Position numbers and translations under genes: made by a program. A stretch of DNA of 48,212 nucleotides, the filler included, from Catajapyx aquilonaris (Eukaryota), in NCBI GenBank assembly GCA_000934665.2. It is 2 parts of 2 records of this genome, joined end to end, with 100 filler letters (N's around TTAATTAATTAA, not from the genome) between each part and the next. Parts side by side here need not be neighbours in the genome. Positions count along the whole stretch, not along the records: positions 24,181 to 48,212 come from JYFJ02005579.1; 1 more part is not named here. One strand, given 5' to 3'. The number at the start of each line of letters is the position of its first letter. Position 1 is the first letter of the stretch. The notes under the pieces were generated by a model. That model was not told where the DNA came from. It ran no database searches and was given only the letters and a program-made list of their open reading frames with translations. Below, in pieces: positions 25,175 through 37,754 of this stretch.

Positions 25175-28100
25175 TGCAACTGACCAGCAGACGATAACAT
25201 GGAGGAAATGAATTTTAAAAAACCCTCTAGAAATTTATTGCTCCAAGCTTTGTGACAAACCATGTTTGGTTAAAATATTACTTAAATGCATCGATTTTTG
25301 CACATCATTGTAGGGAAAAAAGACTATCTCAGTATTTTTTTCTGTGTGAAACAATTTTTTTAAACTACTCCGGTACTGAATAAGTCAAGATTTAACCTGG
25401 TAAGCAGATAACGTTTGCACACATTCCTGAATGATTAGCATTTTGTTGCATGAAGATTATCTTCATTATCACTAACATTTGCGGCGTCTTTGCAGGGTGT
25501 TTCCAAACTCACGAGGTAGTCTAGGAAGCACACTCCTTGTGAATATCTTACAAAATTGCTCTTCTTGATTCTGCCAGTTTCAGCTTCATAAGGCGTAGGA
25601 AGATAATAGCATATTATTTTTGTTTATTACATGACATGACAGGGAATATCCTGTGGACTAGATGAATCGGCTAACACGCTTGGTTGGGGGGTGGCATAAC
25701 CCGCAGGATGTCACTTTTTATTTATGTGGATATACTTTTAAAAGCCAACATGAATCAAAATCGCGGTGCTCACCTACTAGAATTTTCACCTTATAAATTA
25801 TCAATTTAAAAAACTAAATCAGAGCGGGAGGATGGGTACACCTTCAAGTATTAGCAGAGTATGCATCACATACATCACATGCATCTCACGTTATTCTGGT
25901 TGTATTTTACACTTTTCATTTACAGTGCTCAATAAGTTACTGTGGGTGTAGACCTACATGATCACTATTGCCAGCAATACACAAAGTGATTCAGTGAGTA
26001 TAGCTAAATAATATCAACCTAAAGCATTGATTAACAGAAATGTTCAGCAAGGTTGTTGACACGTATAAAATTCAGAGAAGGATTTTTCAACAGGTTCCAA
26101 CTGTGAAACTACTACCCAAGTCGATCTAGCCCTATCTACATTGTTGTTTTATTGAGCGTAACTTTGATGAATGGGTTACATAAATCAGTGGTGGTCAGAT
26201 AAGCATTTTCCACACTACTGTTATGTTGAGTTTATCACGAACAGTACATTAGTAGTTAAACGTACAATCCTAGAAAATGTCAGTTATCTATAATGCAACT
26301 TATTCCAATGTTTTTATTTGCATTGCAATTAATTCGTCGTTAACATAGATTCAAATTTTCCAGTTGTAAAACAGGTACTGTACAATACTCAGATTGCGAT
26401 TTGCATGGCCAGTGATCATCTCATGATTATGTCTGAATTATTTTAAAAAAATTATCTTCAGATCTGACTTGTAGTCAACCATGCCATTGCTTTGGTCTAC
26501 ACAGTGTAGGCTACTGTAACACAATATATTTCAGGGAGTCTTCTCTCTCCAACCATCTGGAAAAACAAAATTACAATTGCATGTCATGAAAAACTCATTC
26601 CAACATAATGGCCATCAAGTGGCAGTAAAACTAGCCAAAATGTGGGTATTAAAAATAAGCTGAGCATCAGTAGACCTTAACTTCCTCCTCAACATATACG
26701 TACAATACAAACGTCCCCTATAGATGGTGATGGCCTATCACCAGGTTTGGTGTCCAACTGTACTTGGGGTATTTTGAACACTCCTGCTGTCTATAAACTT
26801 GCTCTTGCCCGTCTTGTGTTTCAGAAATGCGCATTTTCTGCGGCCCAATGCACGGGAAAGAAGGGTGGAAAATTGGCTTCCGTTTTCTTCCCTGATTACT
26901 ACCGTTGCTCTGCACGCAAGTTTCAAGGGGTGATGTCACATGATTGGCGTTTACCCATCATTTTTTGAATGATGAGGCTAAAAAAAGAGCGGTATTTCCT
27001 CCCATTTTTCTGGATGAGAACCCGCGAAAAACCTGTACCCCAAGAGTTTTGATTACATAACCTCCAGACTTTTACAAGGATACCACCGCTGAGACGCCAG
27101 TCCTCGAGGTCCTAACAAAATTACTATCATCCAAACTCGTTACTGTCTGAACTATTCGAACTGATCCCTTTGCGACCGCCCGCAAGTTTCGGCAAACCCC
27201 GCACGTATATTCCGGAGTATCAATTAGTCAGTTGAATTCCGCAGCTTCTGTGATCATTAGCCAAAAAGAACAACCAACACATCATCCATCAACCGCTCTA
27301 CTGACTAGGACTGACATGCACACTATATGTTACATTTAAAAAAAAGAAGCCAAGTCATCAACAATCACGTCCGGCAGGGTCCATCCAAATCCTCTAATTG
27401 AATATAATGTTGGGTTATTTCCATCCGTAGGCGCCTCCAGAGGCTCTTGATAAATTGCAGAAAACGTCTCGGGCAATAAGTTCCCGTAATGAATCTCGGC
27501 CATAATTATTGCTTGTCAAGACAAAATCGATCGCTTTTCTCAGTTGCAATGACGTTAAGAGTCGCTTCTCAACACTATTACCCCAACGGCAATGTTGGTT
27601 CAATGGCGTTGCGTCTGGAATAAAAGCAGCAAAAAAAAAAAGTGTGTTCACACACACAAAAAAAGGAGGAGCATAGGGTGCAGTTCGCTCTTTTAAACTC
27701 AACATGGCGAAAAATGTAATCCGGATTGATGTCAGGACACTTCCAGGTCTCTCCTCCATGGACCTAAGCCTCTTTGCTGCCCCGAAGCCAAAATGGAATC
27801 GACGTTTCATTCATGTGTCGGACTAAGCTCCCCAATATTGAAAACCCGTCCTTTTATGATCCACCCTATACGATCCTTCTCTCAACTTGTTTTCACGAGG
27901 ACGTGCCAGAATATATGTATATAAAAAAAGGATGGTAGTAACGCATTCATGGCATGTGGCCAGAGCTCTAAATCAAAGCGTCATTTCAAAATCAATCTGC
28001 CGAATAGACACTTGATACATGTAAATGAAACCCGGTTGCATCTACCCATTCCTTGTCATTCCACTACTGGCTCATTAAACTGTAATTGGCAAAAGCCCCA

Positions 28101-29727
28101 CCCGATCTCATTGAACCAAATAATTATGGTACGAACGACTTATTGTCCGGTTTCCCTGCAAATATGAATATTTATCGGCGGTGTGATGAGTCCAATCACT
28201 TCATATAACGTGTGGGAGGACTGTAAACCGTTAGAGTATTAATTTGTATATCTTCAGCTATTGCATGTTGATTTCGCTCGAGCCCGCAATTAATTGGGGT
28301 GTGGTATGTCCAATTTTTTTCACACCTTGCTCCAGCCTGTCTTTTTTACAACGACAAATCCTTCAGGCAAAATAACAAACAGGTGATTGGGTATATCATA
28401 AATCAGTATTTAAGCCGAACGGTATGCCGCTTTGAGACAGTTCGCGACATTGAAGAAATGCCAACCGTAATTAATACGGTACATGGCGGAATATAAAGTG
28501 CATCCTGGACACCAACAGGAAAAGGCAATCTGCGAATCTGGCATCGACATGAGGTCCCTCGTGTAATACCACTCAATTGAAAGGGGGGGGGGGACCATTA
28601 TGCGTCGAGGCTGCTGGTGTTTAACACTATGTACGCCCAGCTAAAATCCGTGAGAATCAGCAGATGAAAGTGAGTCATTTTCTTGCCCTCTTTGAGCAGC
28701 TTTGCGCACCACAAGCACTTGGGGACACATGAATCCATCATGCCAGATACAGATTAACGTCAGAGGGTACAAGGGCATGGGATATTTTTTTTGAACTGAT
28801 TTTGATGTAGCTGCGGACTTGCAGAGCAAATCTGGCTGACATTCCACACTTTTTTTTAAACCAACGGAAATGTACTGGGCAAACTGGCAGTTAGTCGTAG
28901 ATAATAGGGTAATATTTCGCGCATAACTGTACATCCTTGCCTACTTTCGATTCTAGCCGCTTGATTGCAATTTAACCGCGGCTAAACCCCTTCCTTGTCC
29001 GTGAAAAATTGCCGCCACGCCTATTTGCCCCCTCCCGCGGAGATGGCCAGCATTAATATTCGTGGTGCATAGCTGAATAATGATAATTTGTTCTACTGTG
29101 CGCAGTTTGTCTGCACAAAAGTGCCTAAAAGGCTCCTGGATTCTTTTACTGGCAGCAATCATAAACTGATTTGGATGCCTATGAAAAATCGGACCTACAC
29201 GTCGGACCGAAACTAATGGGATGTAATAACATACATTAAGGTCTCATCAATATCAAGTGGTGGTCCGCTCTTGATGTGAGTGGCAAGAATTCTTTCTCAG
29301 ACCAAAGATATCCTCCAATTACTAGCACGCAAAGTTATGGCTCAAAACATGTATAAACCACAGCCCGTGTGTGTACCTTCTGGAGAGTTATGTACTTGCT
29401 GAACTTTCTCTCAGAGCGTCTAATTTATGGCAGGTTGGGTTAGAGAACTGTGATATTGTCACCCTGCTGTGGTTTGTCCTCACTTGAGAGCCTGCCTCTA
29501 GCAACTTTTTTTTTTTGCACCATTCCCCGCAGTTCTTTTCGGGATGAAATTCCTTCGGACAATTGCAGGTCATGGAGACCCGGATAGTTCCTTTCCATTT
29601 CTTTATTTGTGCTGCTGGTTCCGAAGGTTTCGAATCCGCGGTGGCCCATTAGGCGTAGTTTCCTTTCTCTCTATCGTATCTGTTGGCATTACTGGTGGTA
29701 ATTCCTGGTTTGTGTTTGCCATTTCAG

Positions 29728-32700
29728 GGCCCTGTCCCGGATGGGCTCCATGGCCACGGTCGGCGGCTCGCCCTCCATGTGTGAGCAGCTGCAAGGTTCC
29801 CTCATCAGCAAACAGATCCAATTCTGCAAGAAACACCCAGTATTCATGGACAGCGTGGTCTTGGGTGCCATCCACGCCATCGACGAGTGCCAGTTCCAGT
29901 TCAGGACCAGGAGGTGGAACTGCTCCACACTAGAAGACACCACCCATTGGCACAAACCCTTCCGAAGGAAAAGTGGTAATTTTGCTCGATTCTCACTCGT
30001 TGTAAAAACTGTAACCTTGCTCGAATGTTGATGTTACGCCGAGATTTTTTTTTTTTGACCCCATAAGAAAATATTCTATGGACATGAAGCCAGCTCAACT
30101 AACGCGTGGGAATGGAATCCCTGCCCACTTCACCCTTACTCTCATTCCCCAATTTGTCGTTAACCAAACTGCCCATCCAATACGGGTTGCAAAAATGCTT
30201 CTTTTCCTCCTCTGGTTCCTAACGAGGCGAAATGGACCAAAGGAGTGGAAAAGTCGGAGAAAAGAGCTCGGGCAGTCGTCTTGATCCTCGGAAAAAGCTT
30301 TTGTTGGAGGGCAGGTCGAGGAAGGTCTTCCGGCTCCGTTCCAGGAGGACAGAGTGGCAAGTCTTTCTGGAAAAGAGTAGGGGAAGGAAGGAAGGAGTGG
30401 AGAGGATGGGGGGTTAGGCTTTTTCCGCTTGGCTGTGCTGCTGGATGACGAGCTGTCGGGGCTGTCAGCCGCATTCTGCCCCGCTCAGCCCCTCATGACA
30501 GCCTCTCAGCCTTGCTCCACTGCGCTTCTATCAACCATTTACCCCCCTCCGCAACACCCTGCTTTTGCCCCCCTTCCCTACACTCACCCTCCCACACACG
30601 CACACATATACACACATCCAAGCCCCATGCATTGGCAAAGAGATGCACTAAGTGGTCTACCCCTCCCGAACCACTCTTTCCACTCCTTTTTTTTCCACAT
30701 CGCGACTCATCCAGGCTATTAGTCAGCTCGGTTGTTCAAGTGCTATTATTTGCCCTCTTCTGCTTGTTGACAAATCTGTCAGGATTTCATTCATCTGCTT
30801 CAGTCTTGTTTTAAGGACAAAGTTTGCGGAAGAATTTTGATAGTTTGATAGCCTTCCGAGAGCGAAACTTGTTCATTAAGAACCTCGGAGACGTTACTAT
30901 TTGCGCACAAAAAATAGACAGAAATGTAGAAGTAAAGATGTATCCTGGCCCGACGCAACCATCAACACACATCCAAGGTTTATGTCGTACTGTACTGTAC
31001 AGTACTGAACGTTCGTACACGAGTACTGGTGGTTGTATAACGGCAGGATGCGACTTAATTCGTTCAAAATTTTTATCAAACAACACCAAGCATTTTATAT
31101 TTAAAAGCAAGCCTGCGTAGAGGGACGCATACCTTCCAGGATACATATTGCTTGAAGTCAATTACATCAGTAATAAGACAATAATTCTGGATATACTCTG
31201 GTGCTCAAAAACTCACTATCTTAAGAAGTTGTCGGATTTATCATGGAACACCATGTATAAGTGGGATAAATAGAGTAATCCTCACCCTCGCCCAGTGTCA
31301 GCTGTGAAGCGTAGGGCATTTATAACAAAGGGCAATTTTGATGTGTTCACGTCAAGAGGCTAATGTGACACATCCGGTGAGCGCACCTAGATTCCCAGGT
31401 TACACATTTTACACACATGATGCTCGTGCAAATAATTCTAGCTTGCTAACGGAAACTTAACCATGACACTTCGATTTTTACCCTTGGAAAATGAATAATC
31501 TTGACCCAGTTCACTTTAATTGAGTCCATTTCCGATCAAGCCAAGCATTAAACATTGACCAATTAAGGCCAGTAAATTTACGGCCCTTCAATAGTTGCAC
31601 AAACATCTGGACATTTTATAGATTTTTGCAAATAAATGTCTCAAATTCAGTCCAATGGGAATTTGATTGCTATGTATTCAGGACGCCAATTATTTCACCC
31701 ATGTGTATAAAACTTTATATTATCGATAAAAAAATTCAAGCGTTGTTCAGCTTTGATATCAGATGGCCATCATTGTACTGCCGGATATGATAAGCGGCTT
31801 TTTGTGAACATCTCACCATCTGTGTCTGGTTTAACACTGGATTCCCGACAAAAAACAATATTGACTCTCCCACGTATATGACATTCACATAACCCCATCA
31901 CCACCGTGTCTGTACGAGACTAGAAGTCATACAAAATGCAGAACCACCACCCACAAAATAGGTCAATAAAATGCCTTCCTTACCCACAAACACTGGCCTG
32001 CATACACAATTAATAGTTCAGTTAAGCCCACTTTTTACTCCCATTTCTAACCCACCTTACACGACCATCATGCGCTTAAAGTCCTCTCGATGACAGCATT
32101 AAACGACACTCTCAACGTAGCGGTATATAAAAAAAGCTGCCGGACCTCGTGACAAAACCTGCTTGCCATACAAAAGGTTTGGTGCGAAGACAAGTTGGGG
32201 TTCAAAAATATGAAAAAAAAGTACTAATTCCAAATATTTGTGAATTTCAGTAATGACGTATATGTTTGGATTTTTTTTGATACACGTATTACCAATCACT
32301 GAATTGTGTGCCCAACTTGTTCATACACTTAACCATGTCTATAAGCTTCAATTGTCAGTTGATAAGGTCCTCAACAAAATCCTGTAAAGTAAAAGGGTTG
32401 AAGTCCTTCCCCTGCCGGAGCTCTCTCGGCACTTCCCCTATTAAAAATGCTAGCCCGTATTAACGGCCAGGAAAACAAGACGTCGAGAATAATCAGGTAG
32501 CTGACAAGTTGAAAGCATGGGGCTCAACCGAGCGTCGTATCGGGTATAAAATGAATCGAGATGGACGCCTCTCATGTTAGGACCCGTTCCTTGCTGTCAA
32601 ACCCCTTGTACAGCTTATTCCTGGGCTTAATTGGAGATCTAAAGCGAAAGTCTGACCAGTTTTCTGCAGGTTAGTAGAGGAAATTGGAACTGACATGTTT

Positions 32701-34941
32701 TTTTCTTCTTCTGTTTTGACACAGAGGAAGGTGCAGCACCGGTCGAGGAAGGTCAGCTTCCAGGGACGTCTTTGGCTGGAAGGGTGGAGCGCAGTCCAAA
32801 AACCGCTCCTGGAGGTAACAACATTCCAGTACTAAAATGGGAGGCAGAATAATTAATATGGTTAAAAAAATTTAGTTCCTTGATCTTTGAAAATCAGGGC
32901 AGGGAGACTTAATTGCGCAGACGTGAATCATTCTATATGGATGACATTTTATAGGTAAATACCTGTTATTCGAAACTAGTTTTTTGTGGTTGATTGCAGG
33001 GAAGAAGTTCAACTCGACGAAAAGCTCCGGGAAAAAGAAAAAGTCCAGTAAAAAATACCGACCTTCATGGGGTCCCTATCCAGTAGTGCCCTCAGGTCAG
33101 TGTGCTTTTTCTTTCTCTCTCTCGCTTTATAGCTTCAAGTCTTTTTTGCCTGAAAAGCTGACACTTTCACCTGCCCGGCCGTGGATATAGCAGTTGCGAA
33201 TTTGTCAAGTACATTTGATGTGCTAAAGTGTCAAAAAATTTTGGTGTGCAGAAAAAGATCGGGGTCGAGTTCCTAAGCTAACCCAAATAAAAACCTGTTT
33301 CCAATTCCTTTTGGTGAGAAACGACGGCCGCATTCGAAATGAATCATTTCTCGCCCAAAAAGCGCGAGTGCAATTAGCTAATTGGTTCCGTTCGGAATTA
33401 ATTGTCAGTAATGTATGCTGGCATACTCTTTTCTCTCCAATCAAACAGCGCAAAAAAATATGCGGACCAGGTCATTATTTTGCACAAGTGTGTTATTTGC
33501 TTGTTTGTTTTGTGCTTCGCTTGCAGGCACCCGAGAAGCTGCGTTCGTACACGCAATTTCCGCAGCTGGTGTGGCCCATGCTGTCACGCGTTCTTGCAGC
33601 GGTGGTGAGCTGGAGGACTGCGGTTGCGATAGGACAGTCCGTGGTTTGAGTCCAGCCGGATTCCAATGGTCCGGATGCTCTGACAACATCGACTTTGGGA
33701 CATCATTCTCCAGGACATTCGTGGACGCCCGGGAGCATCGTCTCAGTCGAAAGTCTGGATCCACACTGGCCCTCATGAACCTTCATAATAACGAAGCAGG
33801 AAGAAAGGTTGGTGGCACACCAGGCCCAAAAGCACTCCAAGTCTTTTCTGAAGCAACGAAGCAGAGATGCTCTTATTGAGATTTCCTGTCAAGTGGAAGA
33901 GACCGGAGGGAGAGGAGATCCGTCCTTCTGGAGATGCTCGTCAAAATGGGGAGCTTGAGGGCCGGATTTCCTATCCAACTACCCCTCTTCCTCTTTTCTG
34001 ACACTGTGCTTCCTTTATGCACTTGATTTAGCCAGGGGGTCCCCCTTTCATGCCGGACCGACCCTTCTGTTTTCGGGTTGTTGTTTGCCAAACAAAGAGT
34101 GAATGGACTTGTGGCTGAATGACTCCACAAAAAAGTTTCGTTGTTGTGCATGTTTTAGTAGTTTTTTAAAGTTGTTAGGATAGCAGAGTGCTACACATGA
34201 ATAGTTGGCGAATCACAAGTTATATCTGGCTCATGTCTCTTCCAGGTGATTGAGAAGAACATGAAAATTGACTGCAAATGCCATGGCGTGTCTGGATCCT
34301 GCGAGCTTAAGACGTGCTGGAGAGCAATGCCCAATTTTAGAGAGGTGAGAATATTTTTCTGCCTTGCAAAACCGCGAATTAATGGAAAATCTCCAAGTAA
34401 ATATCATCAGATATTGGATCTGATATTGAGTTTATACATATGGGCCTGAGAATTTCGTGAGAGTCATGAGTCGAATGATTTGCAGATTGGCGAGCTCCTG
34501 AAGGAGAAGTTCGATGGGGCAACTGAAGTTGAGCAGCAGAAGATTGGCTCCAGACGACAGCTGGTTCCTCGAAACGCCCAGTTCAAGCCACACACCGATA
34601 CGGATCTAGTGTATCTGAGGCGATCACCAGACTTTTGTGAATTTGATGACAGTGTCGGTTCTCTTGGCACTCATGGCAGAGAGTGCAATAAGGTAGGCGA
34701 TTGGGGACTTTGAGATGGCAAATACTTGTACTTAAATATGATCCAGTGTTGTACATGGATGGCGCATATTTATTTCCAGACATCCAAGGGAATCGACGGA
34801 TGTGACCTTCTGTGTTGCAACCGAGGCTACAGGACACATAAGGAGAGGCGTGTGGAGCGGTGCATGTGCAAGTTCCATTGGTGTTGTTATGTGGAGTGCA
34901 AAGAGTGCATTAGAGAAGTGGAAGTTCACACTTGCTTCTAG
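29728..34941 (+). CDS. Wnt4: Wnt4 ligand; spliced, signal-peptide exon not located
   Basis: Exons 29728-29975, 32725-32814, 33000-33095, 33527-33807, 34246-34344, 34486-34692 and 34780-34941, all GT-AG and in phase. Motifs [70 protein letters not shown] (acylated Ser) and the Wnt4-typical [35 protein letters not shown]. Confidence 0.95.
32725..33095 (+). CDS. Wnt4: Two extra symmetric phase-1 exons of Wnt4 (90 nt and 96 nt)
   Basis: TTCTTCTGTTTTGACACAG|AG...GGAG|GTAACA and TTGATTGCAG|GG...TCAG|GTCAGT. They translate without stops as [30 protein letters not shown] and [32 protein letters not shown], joining GTREAAF. Confidence 0.75.
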
Positions 34942-36153
34942 GACAAGTCATAAACATTTGCATTCCAGTGAATGGGATCACACTAAGGACAAGGCATGCA
35001 AGTCGTGTAGATAAAGTAGCTTCAATGGACTCTCTCAATCCCACTATTTCTTCTGACCGTAAGTAATGTATGAAGCAGTGTTCATCTGTCTCGACTTTTG
35101 GCCCCTCACCATGTACCTATAATTTATGTATAGTATGGATGTGCGTGGATGTTTTGTGTGCGTGTGTGTGTACAGGGTCCCACTTGGTGTTGAATCAACG
35201 TCAGGTAGTGTTTGTTACCTTGTAGATTGTACATTAATGGCTCAGCAAGAAAGGGATATGTGAAAATACTGATATCTCTGCTGAGAAAATATGTGGGTAT
35301 GTGTTTTTTGTTATCAAATTGCTGTAGACAATAGAATGGATAATAATCTGGATTGTGAGTGACTTTGTAACCTTCAAGTACTCAGCTGTCATTGTTGTAA
35401 TAACAACATTGTGGAAAACACTTTCATTCCTGAACTTGATTTTTAATCTGTCAACTGTCATGGGTCGAACACACATGATCTGGGTATGTCCATAAATTAT
35501 TATGTAATGCATTTGAGAGTGCAGTCTTCACTTTGCATTCAGGGAAAATTACAACACTAAACATAGGTGATAAATGTTTCACAATTTACATAATAAAGAG
35601 TGGTTCTCAATCTATTTTGTCCAAGTCCTTCTTTATTCCTGGAATTTGTCATTTGGATTTGTCATGCATGTTTGGGCAGGTAAGACACTTGTCACACACA
35701 CATACTGCCATGTAATTTATGGACAACCCTGATGTTGAAATTACACAAGTAGAAAATTAAGGTATACTACTGATCACTTTATTACAGGAAATGGTGAAGG
35801 CCACTAACACAATCAATCAGAAAAATGCAGGATACTTTCCCACATAGCAGAGTGCACCAACAGGCAGCTTTGCTTGCAGGCAGAGGTAGGGATGTCATGC
35901 AAGTACTCAAACCACAACTCCCACAGGCAACACAATGCTGCATTTGATTCCCTGTGACCTGGGAGCCAAATTGTATCTTAAGTGATTTAGGCCCAGCCTT
36001 TCACCGGGCAATAGATGCAGAAATACAGTGAAACCAGTGTATAACAGAATCACCCTGTTCAGCAAAACATTTTCTGAAATAGGCAAATTCCCACTATCTC
36101 TGACAATTCTAAACTAGGAAATTAGGTGGGTTAACATGTCTTGAATTGGTGCC

Positions 36154-36597
36154 CAGTGGTGTATTACCCAATAGGCCGAGGAGGCACGTGTACAGGGCAG
36201 CAAATTTTAGGGGGCAGCAAAATTTGCCTCCCTAGACTCAAAAGAAATTTCTCCTCGATAAAATTTTTCGCCTCCATGACATTAAATGTCATGGAGGTGT
36301 CAAATTTTATCGAGGAGAAAATTTTGACACGTGCGAAAATATATGTAGGCCCTACTTTATATGGCGTCACCGTTCATGTGCCGCCCCAAGATGAATCGCC
36401 AGATGCCGGAGACCAGTAAGGGCGAAAGTCGCATGCACCCTTCCCCGCTAAGAGAGTGGGGATCTGTGCAGGATCTACAGGCGACTTTCGCCCCTTCTTG
36501 TCTGGGCATCGGCAAATAAAAGCAGCATAAAAGTGTATAAACGCCAAGGTGAAATGAACCCCCTCACCCCCCAGAAAAAATCGAAATGACGCCCCTG
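36154..36597. mobile_element. Composite hAT-like MITE region with internal hairpins
   Basis: CAGTGGTGTATT... and ...AATGACGCCCCTG ends, with internal near-perfect hairpins at ~36238-36327 and ~36418-36496. No TSD match. Confidence 0.5.
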
Positions 36598-37391
36598 AAA
36601 CTGATCCTACATGAAATTAAAGAACAATACATCAGTAACCTAAAATATACCCCTGTGGGTTCTTAGGTGACCTGTAAGTTGCACTACTTTATTAGCACCG
36701 GTTTTTTTAGAGACTTTTGGAGTTGTACAAAATAGGAAAATCCCTAGAGAACTGACTAAATACTGGAGTACCCATTGATGCTCTTTTCACACGTTATCCC
36801 ATTGGAAACATAGTGGCCATACACTAACTGATGCAGAAGGGTTGCATAGGGTTGATTTAGAGCCCACTGCTTTCTTGTCTTATATCTCATGCAGAATTAG
36901 GTTATCTCCAACTATGTCTCGAGTAGGATTCCCTTTGACTTGTTACACAGAACTCATAAATTGTAAATCAAAAAATTTCACACGCACCTCCATAACCTCT
37001 TCCATAACTTCCTCTGTATGGAAACCTGGGAATGAAGAATCATTTACTAGACATCAAAAAATTTTGGCCAATGGTATCCATGAGCTACAAAACTGTCAGC
37101 ACAAATTTGGCCCATTGTAAAAAATACTGTATAGAAGCAGAAGTAATTGCAATGAAAATAAATAAGCAAAATCCACATGATACCTCAACAAATAATGCAC
37201 TTCCCAATTACAGAATCATGCTATTGTTTTGTTATGATTGTTACATGATCAGTATTCCCCACCCAACCTGGTGATTGCACGGAGGACCTCACACAGAGAA
37301 GGTTAATAATAATTCATACCCCGTTATCAGCCATCGACTCTTTAGAGGGGAAGTTTGTTTTGGCTGGAACTCTTTGATTTTCATTTTACTG

Positions 37392-37588
37392 TGCTCTTTG
37401 GGATAGGAAAGGGATGGAAGGAAGCGGCTGTGGCCTATTAATTACGGAAGCAACTCCGGAATTTTCCTGGAAGGACCGTGGGAAACCACAGAAAACCACA
37501 GTCAGAGTTGCCGGCCCCGGGATTTGATCCCAGGACCTCCCGATTAGCAGTCGGGACCCCATATCCCCTCCTCCAAACTGCTTCGGTG
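37392..37588 (-). mobile_element. tRNA-derived SINE (third family) just downstream of the caspase stop
   Basis: B-box-like GGGATCAAATCCC and a body GTGGTTTCCCACGGTCCTTCCAGGAAAATTCCGG...AGGCCACAGCCGCTTCCTTCCA resembling SINEs I recall from hemimetabolous insects. Confidence 0.7.
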
Positions 37589-37754
37589 CCACAAAGAGAA
37601 GGTTACACCTTAATTTTGCCATTCTAAATATGACATCATGCAAATAGCTTGACAACAACTTTATTGTCTGTAAACCGCAACCATCAAAATAATTATTTTG
37701 TAGTATTCCTGTACTTCTCAATGTCTTTTTTAAATACAAAAAATTAGTACAACA

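Noticed and set aside
27415..27810. 131-aa ORF on the - strand
   Set aside because: No recognisable motif, crosses homopolymer runs, and is probably a chance ORF.
29544..29933. 129-aa ORF considered as the Wnt4 N-terminus
   Set aside because: It is in a different frame from Wnt4. Joining TGG TG|GTAATT to the acceptor would need a ~30-nt intron and that frame has no ATG.
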